Source of the DNA: Eledone cirrhosa | Taxonomy: Eukaryota | Assembly: GCA_964016885.1 (NCBI GenBank) | Contig: OZ024743.1 | Span: 8,866,001 to 8,930,000 of the forward strand | DNA: 64,000 nt | Direction: 5' to 3' | Part shown: positions 40,312 to 56,500 of the stretch, piece by piece | Layout of the letters: each line of letters opens with the position of its first letter | Position numbering within the stretch: position 1 is the first letter of the stretch | The notes under the pieces: model-generated | What the model saw: only the letters and a program-made list of their open reading frames with translations | The model's database searches: none | Told to the model about the DNA's origin: nothing | Position numbers and translations under genes: made by a program

Positions 40312-43300
40312 TGAGAGAGAAATTAGCTGACAGCAAAGAAATGTGATGAATATTGACAAATTCAATGCTATCCTTTGTTATACATCTAAATAGAGGAAAT
40401 GTAGAGTTATGAAATGGTGATAGTGAAAGACAGTTTTATAACTTGAATGTGGACTGATGAAATGTCATTCCTTACACAGCTTGCATAGTATAATGAATAG
40501 TAAAGGGGTTCTAAACAACATAGCCTATGTTTTATATACATTCTATTTTGTTTGAAATGTTAAGCTATGTTTTAATTGAAATATATAATTGCAGTAATAT
40601 TAGTAGCTAGTTGTTTTGTGAAGCTTCTTGTTAGTAATTGGGATAATCTATTTCGAAATATCAGATTTTCTGCCTGACATTTAATGCATTCATTTGCCAT
40701 AATTTAGAGTATATTTGCTTCATTGATATTTCTGGAAAATATTTTGCCCTGAAACATTGGTTGAAAATATTTCAGGTAGTAAATAGTTTACTACAGTATC
40801 TACAATCAAACTAATGTCCTATAATCTACTGAGTTAGTGGATAACATTGAATACATTGCTTTTATATGAAATATTAACTGCAATGGTTTTCTGTTGCTTT
40901 CTCCAGAGTTAATACTCTCAAAGCTAATACAATGTGCTGGCATGGTTGTGTGGTCAAGGAGTTTGTTTTGTAACCATGCGGTTTCAACTTCAGTTCCACT
41001 ACATGGAACCTTGGGCAAATGTCTTCTACTATAACCTCAAGTTGACCAATATCTTATGAGTGGAATTTGGTTGATAGAAACTGTGCAGAAGCCTGTCACG
41101 CATGTGTAAGTGTATGATGTGGGTGTTTTAAATATTGTACCTAAAACATTGAATCATTAACTGAATATGTGTGAGCAGGGTGTAAAGTTTATTATATATA
41201 TTATTATAGTATATTAAAGTATATCCGTCCAAACCCATGCAAGCGTGGAAGATGGACGTTAAACGATGATGATGATGATGATATATATGTGTGTGTGTCT
41301 GAGTTTGTTTATGTCCTGTAACTTAGTAGTTCGATAAACAGATTAATGAAATAAGTCCCAGATGGGGCCCTAGCATTGCTGCAGTCTAATGACTGAAAGC
41401 AGTAAAAGAATAAAAGAAAGAAGAATCTCCTAGTACCTACATCAGTTAGCAAGTGTGATTGTATATTTACCATTGACTTTCCAAATAAAGGAGTAGTATT
41501 CTATTTTAGACTAGGCTAACTGCAACTCTCAAAAAACCTTTTTTATGTCTAACTCTTTACCATTGGTGTATTTTCATTAATCAGGCCCAATACTGGTGTA
41601 TCAGCATTTGAAATGGAAAAATCAGACTTACATGCAAAATATTCAAAAATTAGCCTCATCGAAGCAGGTAAATAATATTTTTTATTTCTGTATACCTCTA
41701 GATGTGATCAATGTTTGTAATAAGTGATTAATTTTCATGTGTTGATCATTTTTGTACACTGTTTATATTTCTTTAACATATTGTCCATTCCATTGTTCAT
41801 TCATGCTGTTGTTGCTATATTTCATCATCTGAAAATAGGTTCATATAGCATTAATTCATCTTTTATATAAGTGTCTACTTCAGGACCATGCTAAACCATT
41901 GTATCATATTCCTGTCAAGGTATATATTTAAGATTGCCACTCCATCACAATTCATGTCTGAGTGGTTTGCTATAGGGAGGACTTGTAAAACCCTTTCTTT
42001 CCCCAATAGGAAGGGCATCCAGCTATGTCCAACACCTCATGTCACATCCAAGCTTGTATAAATTTATTGACAAAATACAGAATGTGTTTGTGTTTTGTGG
42101 TATGTGTGTGACTTTTTGGCGTAACTGATTGAAAGTCTGATTGAGTTAGTATAAATGATTCAGCGTACTAGTATAAGTTGAGCAGCAGCACCATCATCAT
42201 CATCATCATCATTTACTTATCTATGCTGGCATGAGTTGTATGGCTTGTCATGGTCCAAGTCAATTCTTATTAGGATTTCCTGCCCTCTTAGAGGAGTCAG
42301 AGACCATATCTTGTCAGTTGTTCCATTTTTGATATGCCTGACTACAGTTGGATACCTTTCCTTATGCCAATCACTTTACAGAGTGTACTGGGTGAATTTT
42401 ATTGTAGTACTGGCATGAGAGAGGTTATCTTTTTTTCAACAAGACTAAAGTATCCTCTCTACTGTATATTGTTTCCATTTATTTACTGGCACCAAGAGAT
42501 TGCCTCGTCCTTCACAAGACAATAGAACCCACTCCCAGTATTATCTCAGTTCAAACATCCCTTTTCTGTCCCATAGAACTATGTAGAAAGTGGTATTTTC
42601 TATCACATAAGCAACACACTGCATTGCTGTCTCCAATCACAAAGTTAATGTGGTGGGAGAAAGAAGGGTTTATAGAAATGAACTAGAGGGATTGGGGTGA
42701 GAGGATGATGTTTGTACTCGTTAGCTTTGGCACAGGATGGTTTGAGTTGGCTCCAACCAGTGCATTCACAGCATAGCAAATAGAGACTGCCCATGCACAG
42801 CAATCACAGATGGCTGACATAGATATTGTCAGTCAATCACATTGCCAATTGGTTGACACCATATATGTGAGGACTACATATTGGCTCACGATCTTATCAT
42901 GCCCATCCATGTTTTGAATTGTGTGCTTTGCTGATTATGCCAACCCATGAGTTCACCTCATGAGTGGCAGTGTGAGTGACCAAACCAGTTGATGTGCCTT
43001 TTGAGTAGTTGTTGAGGTGAATTGATTTGGCACTAATGATGAGTTTTGGAGTTTTGCACAAAATCCAATGTGTGAGCATTGAGGATTTGGTGAATGTAAA
43101 AGTGATAAAAAACCTCCAGCTTGTGTAAATCTGTTGCTCTCATTGATCACATTGTGCAACCATAGAGGAAGATGGTGCAAATCAGTACTCAATAGATGTA
43201 GATTTTTGTGGCGAAATAGATCTCTGACCTAGGACCTGAGTTGGCCTTGAAGTCAACAACATAGTACATGCATGATTGATGTGGACATCTATCTTATCTT

Positions 43301-46300
43301 TATTTTATCTTGTGGCAGTAAAGATGGTGTTAAGATACTTGAATTGATTGATAACTTCCAGAATCGCACGATTCAGTATAATGGGGATCCTTTATCCTCT
43401 AGTATATGGTGAGATGCCAGGAGATTAATGCCTTCATCTTGGTTGCATTGATCTCTCATGTCAACATCTGCGTACACGTTGAGTCATCAACTACTGATTG
43501 AACATCGACATAGTTATGACCAACTATTTTCAAAGTTATTGGCATAGTCAGGGTCAGAGACCCTGATGTCTCATCTCATAGCCATGTCTGGGAAATCCTT
43601 TAGGCTACGTTCTACAATTCAGTTGATGACATAATTGATCTATGTTGGAAACAAAACATAACCCTGCCAGACACCTGAGTGAATTTCTCTAGTTTTGGTA
43701 TCACTGTAGCTGGACAGCTGGGGGGGGTTAAGCTTCCTAAAAGTTGTTCCATATGGCAAGTGCAACACAATCACCTCTGTAGGACAAATGCTCCTCCCAT
43801 GCATCCTTGTCGCCACACTGGCGCTACTTAATAGGGTTGGGTGTGAAAGACTGTTCACCTAAAAATTCCAGAATGTGTTTGCTCTGAGATCTGGCAGCTA
43901 CTGGTAGCACTGGCCTCTGTATCTGCAAGTTTCTTTTGGAATGTCTCCATCTTCTATTAAATTGAAATCATGTCGGTGCTGTTGATATTTAACAGCGAAG
44001 AGTGCTGCTATAAATCACACTGTCTCAAAGTGTGTATGCTTGTACCTGGAGATCTGCAAAAATTGTATCTCCAATGAAACCCCAGAGGCAGCGTATTGGA
44101 GAAGTGCTTGAATAAGAGAGTAATAGAAAAGGGCTTAGTGGGGAGATAGAGATAAAGAGAGATGTTAGAGGATGATTATATATATATATATCATCATCAT
44201 CATCACCGTTTTAGTCCGTTCTTCCATGCTAGCATGGGTTAGACGGGTTTTCCTGTTGTGGGCAGTGTCTGGTTGGCTGACCATGCCTTGCTCATACAGG
44301 AACTGATTTTGGCTTGATTTCTACAGCTGGATGCCCTACCTAACACCAACCTCATTTACAGTGAGTGCTGGGTGCTTTTTTCCGTGGCGCCTACACGTCC
44401 ACTTTACAGTGTTGGCTGGGTGGTTTTTTGCCGTGGCATCTCCACGACCACTTTGCAGTGGGAGGGTGTGGTGGCATATTGTCTATATGCTTCAGCTTGA
44501 ACCCATGGGAGATCATGGTCGTGTGTCATCGCCTTTGAGAGGTGTAATTGGGTAAGGTCGGCTTTTATCACCTTATCCCAGGTCTTCTTGGGTCTCCCCA
44601 CTCCGCGGTTTCCATTGACTTCTAGTGCTCTGCACCTTTTTATGCAGCTGTCATCCTTCATACGCATCACATGTCCATACCAACGCAACCACCTCTCCTG
44701 CACACAGCATTTGATTCCTCTTATGCTCAGTCTCTCTCTCAATTCATTTATGCTTTGCCGTTCGCGTATATTACTATTACACATCCATCGGAGCATGCAG
44801 GCTTCGTTTCTTTCTAATTTACGTAAGTCTTCCACCTTCAGTGCCCAGGTCTCACTACCATGTAACATTGCTGTTCGTATACACGCATCATACAGTCTGC
44901 CTTTCATTTTGAGGGAAAAGCCTTTTGCAGCTAGCAGTGGCAGTAGTTCCCTGAACTTCTTCCATCCCGTTCTTACCCTAGTTATTGTACTTTCTGAACA
45001 CCCACCTCCGTTGCTAATTCGGTCAACTAGGTAGCAGAAGCTATCTACTGTTTCTACAGAGCTCTCCCAGAGATTGGTGGTACTTGTTTTCTGTGGCTGT
45101 TTGCTGCCCCAGCACAGCTGCTACATGTGAAGCCTACATTCTTAATTAAGCTTCCTGAGATCCCACTACATCTCTTGTGTACCCATTGTTTGCATTTGGG
45201 GCAGAGAATGGAGTTCGTACCTACACCTTTCCTACATACTGAGCAAGGCCATTTCCCTGAGGGTATCTGGGTTCTGTTTTCTACTCTACTTACAAGGACC
45301 TTATATATGGAGGCACATGGCTTAGTGGTTAGAGCATTGGCCTTGCAATCGAAAGGTTGTGAGTTCAATTCTCAGACCAGGTGATGTGTTGTTTCCTTGA
45401 GCAAGACACTTTATTTCACATTGCTCCAGTTTACTCAACTGTAGAAATGAGATGATAGGGACTGGGGTCCATATCATTCCACTGCAAAGTGGTCGTGGAG
45501 GTGTCACGGCAAAAAAAGCACCCAGCACTCACTGTAAATGAGGTTGTTGTTAGGAAGGGCATCCGGCTGTAGAAATCAAGCCAAAATCAGTTCCCATCCC
45601 ACCCTTGCAAGCAGGGAAAAAGCGGACATAAATGAAATGTTAAAATGATGATGATGATATATCAGTTCTTAATCAGAGCTACCGATCTCTCAGATGAGTT
45701 GGGGTTGGTATCTTGCAGAGTATATCAGGTGCGTTTCTGTGGCGCAGCACTAGAGAGGTTGTGCTCTTGACACAGCTAAAGAGTCCTCACACAACATTAT
45801 TTTTCTTGGTTTCTATGGTTTGATCTCCTTCCTAACCAATCTTTTTACAGGGTGTACTGGGTGTGTATTATTGTAGCACTAGCACTAAGGAGGTTGTTTA
45901 TTGGTCATGGACTTGACTAAATAGCCTTCTCAACCTTATGAGGGCTGGAATAGGATGTATCCTAAGGTAAGGGTCAATGGGGCGGAATGACAAGTATAAT
46001 ATCGTGGGTGTATTATAAGTACGGTGGTGGTGGGTGAGGGTAGAAGGGGTTAGAAAGTATGTTAAGTTTGTAAAATAGGTGTGATGGGATTTGGCGAGGT
46101 GATAAAATGGACTGGATGCTGATAAAGAACAGCTACTAATGATTTATGATTGATGCTTTAGGATTTAAACAGGATGGAAATGGTCCTATGTAGTGTTAGG
46201 GTAGGGTGTACAGTGATGGTGAGGATAATTATTATTGTGCATATATTGGAGGCACAGAGACTCATGTGGATGGGTCTGGTCACACTTTTATGCTGGTAGT

Positions 46301-49300
46301 CAGGTCTACTCCAGCACATTATGTCGTTAATCCCTACAGCCCTTTGTCATCTCCCATAAAGTTTAGTCTTCACTATGTCATCCCATGTCTTTCTAGGCAT
46401 GCCTCATCCATGAGTTCCATCCATTAAGATTTCTTTGCACTACTTTATACAGCTGTCATTTTTCATATCCATCACATGTCAATACCAGCGCAGTCTTCTC
46501 TCTTGAACACTCCATTCAATTCCATTTATCGCAAGTTTTTCTCTCAACTTACCTCTGTTCTGATGATCATGCATACTAACATTACACATCCACTGTTTAT
46601 TTCTCCTTTATGTCTGCTGCATACAAAGTCTATCTTGTGTTAATTTGCCTGTAACCCCACTATATCTCTTGTGCATCCATATATTACACTGTATACACCT
46701 TATGGAGTTTCTCCCCACTCCTTTTCAAGATATCAAATAAGGGCCATTTCCCTGGCAGTATCAGAGTTCTGTTTTTCTAAAATACTGAGTTTTTGCTAAG
46801 TTTACTATTAGATCTTTCGATTCTAGATGTTTCTCCCATGTTTGGAATTTCTCCTCTAACTCTTTCATGGATCCAGCTATAACAACTAGATCATTATCAT
46901 ACAGGAGCTATTATTATGTCTCTAATCAGTTGTGCTATAAACCTTTCAGTAACTTTCATAATCTGTTCTATCAACTTGATTTCTCTATATATGAATGACA
47001 CTATCCTCAGGCACATAAATATATGTATGTATGTGTGTATGCATATATATATCATCATCATCGTTTAACGTCTATCTTTCATGCTAGAATAGGGGAAGCA
47101 GAATACACTACCAGGAAGCTAGTAGAGAAGCTAGGTGACAAAGTATACTTAGCAAGGAGGGAAGCAGAAAATTAAAAAAATTAAGCATTTTTTACTATGT
47201 GAGGTATTCAGGATTGTGAGGCAGTGTGTCGGAAAATTGTGATGTTGTTGGGGAGAAGTGTGTCTGAGATGATAATGGTGCACTTGCCCTAACTGATGTT
47301 GAAAATAAGGTAGCATGGAAGAGCCATTATGAAAGATTACTGAATGAGGACAATGCATGGGATGAAGATTGTCTACCTCAAGTGGACTCAACAGAGGGAC
47401 CAGCTGTACAAGTCAGTAGCAGTGTAGTAAGGAAATTAAGGATATGAAGATGGGGGGAAAGCAGCTGGATGATTGGGGAAAGTTGCCTAGATGCTGAAAA
47501 CATATGGAATTGTGGGTCATATCTTAACCAATTAATGCAAAATGGTGTCATACCCAATGACTGGCATAGCATCATCATCATCATCATCATCATCATCAAC
47601 TGCTACAATGGCAAAGGAGATGCACTAGACAGAGAAAACTATAGAGGTATCAAATTGATAGACTAGGTCATGAAGATCATAGAAAGAGTTATAGTACAGC
47701 TGATTAGGGATCGAGTTAACCTACGTGAGATGTTGGGTTTTGTGCCAAGTAAAATTATCACTGATACATTCTTCCTTTTGAGGCAACTGCTGGAGAATTA
47801 CCTAGCTAAAGGTAACCCCCTCTACATGGCATTTGTTGATCTGGAGAAAGCTTTTATCAGAATCCCTTGTTCCATAATCTGGTGGGTTCTTAGAAAACTT
47901 GGGGTAGATGAGTGCATTGTGAAGGCAGTACAAGCCCTGTATAGAAGAGCAATCAGCAAGGTTAAGATTAACAATGAACAATGACTATAGTGAAGAATTT
48001 AGCATGCAAGCAGTAGTTCATCAGGACTCTGTTCCTGGCCCTTTCCTGTTTATTAACGTCCTGCAGGCTATAAAAGAAAAGTTTAAGACTGACTGGCCAT
48101 GGGAACTCATATACATAGAATATCTAACCTTCGTAGCTGAGTCTATGGCAGAATTAGAGAAGAAATTCCAAACCTGGAAGCATGGCCTAGAATCAAAAGG
48201 TCTTAAAATCAACTTGGCAAAGACTAAAGTCCTAGTAAGTAGAAAGGAAAACATTGCCCAGATCCCCTCAGGGAAATGGTCTTGCTTAGTGTGCAGGAAA
48301 GGAGTAGTAGGTAGAAATTCCATCCTATGTCTCAAATGCAAACTATGGATACACAGGAGGTGTAGTGGGATCTCAGGCAGGGAAGCAAAGAATGTGGGTT
48401 TTGTATGTGGTTGATGCACAGGAGCAGTAAGTAGCAAGAGCTCTCTGAAAACAAGCTCCTTTAAATGCCCTGATTTTGACCTGATGCACCAAATTGTAGA
48501 AAACTGATTTGATTGTTTGAATTCATATAGGAGAACTATGTCTAGCTAGTAAAGTAGTGACTTGTTGGGATTAGCTGGGATTAAGCTGAACCTTGAAAGA
48601 TATTCCAGCTTTGACCATCCTGTCCTTTTGTATATCATTCCCTACTAACGTTTGTGTGTTTTTTACTAACATTTATTGTCAGCATATCTATAATCAAAGA
48701 TGTTTGAGCCATAACAATTCCCTTGTTATTGATGTTATTTATTCCTTTGCTCATTTTCTTATTGAAGGAGACTTATATAATCAGACTTTACATCCTTGAC
48801 GATGTCTCTTTTTTCTTTTCCAATAGACTTAAAGTATTTAGGACTACAGTATCCAATGTGTCTTTCTTAACTATGAGACTGTAGGGTGTAATTCTAGTGA
48901 AGCTTGCCTACTATTTCTAATGTCAATTGACCACATTAACTGATATTCCAAGGGTTGACTTGCCACTTTATGACATCTACATTTTGATGTTAATTGCAGT
49001 GTGCTTTCTCTCTGTCTGTGTGTATGTGTGTTTTGGAGTGAACAGTAGTAAGCGATTTCATTGGTTGAAAAGTGAAGCAATATTGATGTGAACATACGTC
49101 TACTTTTGGTTCTGTACATTCACTGTACGAACAGAAGGTAGTTCAGACGGAAACAATTTTAGTTTATGATATATATCATCATTATTCTGTTATATTTTTT
49201 ATTCTTTTATTGGTTTCAGTTATTAGGCTGTGACCATATTGCAGCACTGTCTTGAAGGAGTTTAATAAATCATACTGACCCCAGTATTTATTTCTAAATT

Positions 49301-52300
49301 TGGTACTTATTTGATTGACCTCATTTTGTTGAGCAACTCAGTTACAGGACATATATATTGATGGACAGTCGTGCACATTATACCATAATCATCATCATCA
49401 CCATTTAATGTCCATTTTTCTACGCTAGCATGGGTTAGATGAGTTGTCCTGTTGTGAGCCAAGCCAGATCAGATGACCGTGTTTTGCTCATACTGAATTG
49501 ATTTTGGCTGGATGCCTTTCCTAATGTCAACCACATTCACAGAGTGGACTGGGTGCTTTTTGTGATGACGCCTACACGACCACTTTACATTGTGGACTGG
49601 GGGGCTGTGGTGGTGGAGGTGCATGTGGATTGGAGAGGTAGATCTAGGGTTGGGCACCTAGTGCTATTCGTACACATACATCATACAATCTGCCTTTCAT
49701 TTGGAGGGAAAAATCTTTTCTAGCTAGCAGTGGTAGTAACTTGTTACCTGTGAATGTTTGTTACTGCTCCTGTACAACAGCCACAAGTAAAACCTACATT
49801 CTACATTCTTAGCTAACCTACCTGAGATCCCACTACATCTCTTGTGTACCATAATTTACATTTGGGACAGAACCTTTTCCTACACACTGAGCAGGGCCAT
49901 TTCCCAGAAGTTATTAGGGCCTTGTTTTCCTTACTACTTACTAGAACTTTGGTCTTTGCCAAGTTGACTTTAAGACCATTTGATTCCAGGTTATACTTCT
50001 GTGTCAGGATAAGCTTCTGTAGTTTCTGTCTACCAAATTTCACTCACAACATGAAGCTGTAATAGGTGACACTTGCCCAAGGTACTATGCAATGGGACTG
50101 AACCTAAAACCACATGGTTGTGAAGCTAACTTCTGAACCACACAGCCATGCCTGTGATTATACTTACACTTTATCTTATTAAACAGAGATTTATTAAATT
50201 TACAATGTACTGTTAGGTTGGTAGGGATTTCACAGAGACTGTATGTCTTTGCTTGAGATTTTGAAGAAAGTTATTTGAAATATAAAAAGAAAAAAATTTA
50301 AATGATAAAGTTTGTCAATATATAACAAAGAAAACAAGAGAGAGTATTGTGTGAATGAAACATTGTCAGACAATGAAATTTTTATTGAAATTGAATCAGT
50401 AGTAGAGTTAGCAGTAGTAGTAGTATTAGTAGTAGTTATTGTAGCATTTAGTAGCATGTAAGTGGTATTAGAAATAATATGTGCAATAAAATGACATACA
50501 AAAGTCATAACATTGGCAATAAAATATTGAACAACCCTTATAGATTCATTCTTATAAATGTGGGTTACCTGCTGACCACCACTACTTCACTCACAACACT
50601 CAAAGGCCATTCACAGCTGTTGGTGGAGGGAAGATTGGTAAAAGTGAATGAGAGGAAAATGGAACTAAATGGAATAAAATCTTTCTATAGTATATTTGAA
50701 AAATATTTATTTCAAAGTTATTTATTTTAATTCTTCATCCTATTTTAATTGCATTTCTGTTATACTCTTAAGTATTTCTATCACACAATCACTTTGATAA
50801 TTAATCTCTATTTGTCAATGTAAATTTCTTCATCTTTTCTGAGTCTTCTTTGATGTTCTTTTCTTCAAGATATTTAAATTAAAATAATTTTTTATTCATA
50901 ATTCTGAAATCACTGTAAAACCTAGCCTTAATTTCACTACTAACTGCTTTGAAGTTTTAATAGTATGGGTTGTTAGTTCAGGAACCTATTTGATCCTGTT
51001 GTTGGACAGGCAACTGAATGAAAGAATGACTAAAGTAATTCAATTAATTTCTACAAATTGCTATGTTCTCAATAATTATAAAGTCCCATTCCTCTTTTGT
51101 ATTATTTTAGACTTAAGTTACTGAATCTGTAAGCTCCTTATCTATTTATTGTTTTGAATGTGTTTTTTATTTGCAAACTTTATTCCTAGTAAACTCTGAA
51201 ATTTTCAAAGTATTTTCTGATATTCTTAATTAATACCTATTAGTTTATAGACTTTGGTAAAGGTTACTATGTTTTCAAGTAGTCCTTTTATATAAATATC
51301 TCCACATTAGAGTTAAGACTGAATTTTCAAAGACATTATTTATTTGATCTCTTTTATCTAAAAGGAAATTTCATTAAAAGAACTCAGCTAAAATTTAGAA
51401 ATCCTTAAATATTACTATTTTAATTTTAAACTTTATTGATGCATTTTTTATAATTTTTTAAAATACAAATATGTAAGTATTGAGAGGAAATGGGTTAGAA
51501 GAGAGTATTAATAACCCGCATAATTGGACCCTTTACTTTTTGCCTTATTTAGATTTAATTTCTTAATCCACAAGATTCTACACTGAAGCATAACTCATTA
51601 AAATAATTTATAATGCTAATATTTCCATTAACGCAATATTATATTTTGCTTTAAGACTTGCTTTTTTCTAAAAATTTTCAAAGAATTTTAATTTATAAGA
51701 AATCTTATTAATTACCATTATTTTCAAATTATTGTTATCATTATCATTATTATTATTCCATTATATATGAGATAAAGTTCTCTTTGTGATGTCATTTGTT
51801 ATGAAAAGTTAGTGCTTTAATCACTTGAGGCATATTTCCTTTCAAACTTTACCCCCCACCTATTTTTGTTGATACCAACATCGGAATGAAATAATATAAA
51901 AAGGTCCACTATATGATCTATACAATGTTTAATTTAGGTGGGTGAGTGCATTATCTTAATGCATTAAATAAACCATGTCTAATTCTATCTGCAAACAAAA
52001 CTTTATAAAATTCTTTCACATGTAAAAAAATTAAATTTTCTGTTTTAGAAATTAAAAAAAAAAATCAACATTATTGAAATTAATTCAGAAAATAATAAGC
52101 TATAATAAAAGTAGCTGGATTAAAAGAAAATTGAAATAACCATAGCAGTGATTGTGAATGTGGTGTGATTGTTTCATATTTTCCAAGATCATTCCATTAG
52201 TGTTTTTGAAATTTTTTTATCACGTTTGTCTTATTGGCTTGGCCATGTACTATTTTCACTTTGAATATGGTCTTGTATGAAATGTCATGATCAGCAGCTA

Positions 52301-53560
52301 TCTGTATCATTTACAGCAGAATCAATAATAAACATAATTTGAACGGTGACAAACCATATTTCGCACTCATTCACAGATTCATACCTTTCTTTTTGTTATT
52401 TGTTCTTTCTCTCTTTGAAACAGAAATAATCACTGTGTGTATGTGTGTGAGTGTGTGTATGTCTACCTGTGTGTACACATATGTTTGCATGTGTGTTATT
52501 CTATTCTTAAAAAACATTTGATTCTTTCTAAAGAAAAAATGACATTTGAATATTGCACCTATTGCAACTGAAGCATTGACAAGACAAAATCCTTTTCAAA
52601 CAATTGCTCACTCTCTAAAACCTTTATTGTATTTTGCCTTCTATGAAGCCTTTCAAATACAGTTAATGCTTTTATTAAACAACATAATATAGCTTCCGAG
52701 TTGCACTTAAGACATTGCTGTAATATGAAAATGATATCAATGTAATATTGTAAGCATTAAGTTGACCCTTTTTTTCATGTCTATTGGAACTGAAGTATGA
52801 AAATGTATGTTTTGCAAGTAAATATTATTGTTACAACTGCAATGAAATTTCTTTTATTTCAATATTCATCAGTTAGATGTTAACTTTTATTACTTTATTT
52901 CTTTTAAAGACAGTTCTTGACAAAGAGTACATTTAAATAGACATTTATGAGAAAAAGTTTGATAAGTTTAGGGAGACATTTTATAAGGAAAACTGGTAGT
53001 AATATAACCTGCATATTGTTTAGCCTTTAAAACAAAGCAATATTGCAGTGGTAGGTATGTGCATTTAATTATTACTCCATACAGAGTGATAGATGTGTTC
53101 AACATATTGACAAAATTTAATTCACTACAACTAACATGTTTGAAAAGTTAACACCAAATTTCAGCAGATAGAAATTGGGTTCTTGTCAGTATTCAGTGGA
53201 CATGCCTTCTAGATAGACAACAGGGTTATCCTCAGAGGTATTCTTGTATATTACTTATTCTCCTCTTTTCAACACATTTTGCAAAGGACTAAATTATTGC
53301 TTATTTTATGTTATTTCTGCAAAGTTTAAATTGTGCGTTTTTTCCTTTGTGTTCACAGGAAAAGTAAAGAAAAGCCAATTAATGTTACACCCTTAACTTT
53401 TAATGTGCAATTTCATAGAGAGAAAAAAAGGAGACATTTTAGTTACATTTATGCACTATACTTAACAATTTTAATTTACTTAATCTTTCATCAGAAGTAT
53501 CTTTCAATCATTTCTGCTTATGAATCAAATACTTATTTGAGAGAGGAGCCCCACCCCATC

Positions 53561-53591
<31 letters not shown>

Positions 53592-56500
53592 GACAACAAC
53601 TTAATCTTATATATTTAACAATTGCAACAGAAAAATAAGATGTTTCTTATGAATTCTTTAGATGTTTGGTATTTACCTCTTGAAGGAAAGTTTTTTTTTC
53701 TTTTTGGCATATCTGAGATTCTTCTCTTGTGAGAGCACACCGACTGATACTGTTAAGAATAAGCCAAGTTTCTCTTTGAATTGAACATTAGTTATGTTAA
53801 ATTTTCCTTCCTCTCATCCATAAGACTATTGCACATTGGTGATTTACTGTTTAATTAAACTACTGTTTGTTAAGTTTACTTATTACATCTGCCTCTCTGT
53901 CAGACTGAAATTGCGCATAATGTACATGAATTGTTTTTTTTTATTTTTGTTCCTTAAAAAAAAAACAACAACATAAATGGTAACAACTGATTGTTTGAAT
54001 CAATTGTTATTACACAGTTTATGATCCACTATACACAGCTACCACAGTACAAAAGAGAAACACTGAAAAAAAAGAAGTATTTTTTAAAATTTATTTTTTA
54101 TTTTTGACTCGATTGTCAAATTCTAAATCTCCTGCTTTCACTTGAGGATGTAGAAAAAGGCAGATTTAACTTAATTTCCAATATTTGTCTTTCTGATTTA
54201 AAGATAGCTTGACCTTAATAATAATAATAATGATAATATTAAATAATAGTTTGTTACACCATGCACTTTTTGAATTTTTATTTTTCATATTTTAAATATA
54301 ATTTTTGTGAACTATATCAGAAGTTGGAATGTTCATCTTCTGTTTTGCTGGAGAAGGATAATAGAAAGGAAATGTCCTTTGTGAAGCTAACTCTCACTGG
54401 AATTATGTTATGATTTTCTAAGTTTGTAGTTTATGACACAGCCATATTGAGCCCTTCATTAATCTACTGTGCACTGGTTGTATTCATTGTGTGCTCTGTA
54501 AACTGTCCTATTCAGAGAATATTTCTATCTAGTAGGAAGAATGACATGAAAATATGAAGTCTTAGTTGCATTTAAGTTTTCTTATATCACTACCAAATTA
54601 GAACTTTTTAGTTTCCTTTCAGCAAATATTTATTTTAAAAAATATTTTTGACAAGTAAGCTCCTCCTTATTGCTGTTAAGTTCCAATGACTAAGATTATC
54701 AAAATGTAACACATCTGCCTGATTATAGTTAATCCTCAAAGTGAAATTGGATTGTGTGGCAGGTCAACAAGATACAAGTGAGCCAATTCTTTGACATATT
54801 ATCACACTATGCAATTGGTTTTGCACTTTAGAATAAAAATAATAAAACCAAAACAACAGTGACAAGAAAAATTACAGTCTGAGCATTGAAATAGTAAAAA
54901 GTATAAATGAATTGTCTATTAGTGTTTATTGCTTTCACTGGAAAAGTTCCAAGTTATGTACAAATAATCAAATTAATAAAAAGGCATGTAAAAACATTTA
55001 ACTACTGATGTCAAAATTGTTCAAGATTTCGTGTAAAACATTTTTATTTTGAAATTATAAATATTTTTCATGTTATAATATATATAGAATTAGTTTTATT
55101 TTTGATGTTGGGATAAAGATAAAAAGTTTAATGCTTTGGGTAGATTTAAAAACATTGGGATTAAAAATGGGGGGAATAGTTTAAAATACTTTATTTTTTT
55201 TTTTTAAATAAAATTTGGATACCGTGTAGAAATTTATTAATGATGTTATCTCATTTAAAAAGTCTTCTATTTTTGTCAATGAAATTGATATAATAAGTAG
55301 ATCTTAAATTAGTAAAATTAAATTTACAATCTAGTAAAAACACGTGCTATTGTTGCAGGTGCTTTGGAATTTACATATATTTATGTATAGTTGTATATTT
55401 ATACATAGACATATGAATCGAGAGGATGGATGTTCTATCTACAAGTGCATACAATTATATCATATACATTAAGACAATGTCTATAATAATCTGAAACCAA
55501 CGGTATAGATTAAGAGCAGGCATTTATGGTCAATATTATTATTTCTATTGACTTTTACTCCTCTTTATCAGATGTTTGTATTTCAGGTTTATAAAGCAAG
55601 CATATTTGACTAGTGACATCAGCAGACAACATCATTGAAACTAGATATTCCGTGTAAATTTTGATTCGTAGTTCTTCATCTACTGAGCTATGAAAATTAT
55701 TGCTTCTCGAATGAGTACTGTTATTGCTTGTCGAATGGGAACTATAATAAAAAGATATCCCTGAAGAGCAGAATTTATTTTTAAAATTTTTTCTTTTAAG
55801 TTAAGAGCGAACTTTTCAGTTTGGAACAAAGCGACATTCTTGTTCATTATAATAAGCACAGCCATGTTAACTTAACATAGGTGCTTTGAGAAAGTTGAAC
55901 ACATTTTTTCAGTCAATATATATCGATGTTCATAACAACTTTTATAATCGATGTTAATTACAATTTCTCATCATTAGTTTAAATTTTAACATTTTCTTCA
56001 CCTTATTTTATCTTTTTTTTTTGTATATATTTCTCTGTAAAATAGTCACAGAGTTCACCAGTGGAAGAAGAAATTTTGAACACTCTTTTTATTGCTCAGT
56101 GAATATTTAGTGGCAGTCTCATATTTTATATCAGCATGAAAATATATTGCTATAACATTTGTATATTTTTGCTGTACACATATGTATCCAGAGAGGTCAT
56201 AATCTGTAAAATAAGACATCAAAGCAAAGATATATAAGGCCAGCTAAGGCTTATTAAAGATTTTACAAAGACAATTTTCAGCAGAGAATATCCAATAAAT
56301 TGTAGATTTTTAAAAGACAATACTTTTTTTTAAATACTTTTTATATAGAATTAATTTTTAAAAATGTACAGTGTTAATTTTCATAAAACATTTTTATATT
56401 GCTTTGAATTTAAACTTTTATTTTAATATTATTTATATCTTAGGACTTTTTAAAAATTGGTTTCTCCTCCTTTCACTTTAGATTATTTCATATTCTGTAT

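Noticed and set aside
52551-55744. miR-92 or miR-137 genes on the plus strand
   Set aside because: Matches stop after 8-10 nt and I see no complementary arm; better explained as target sites on the minus strand.
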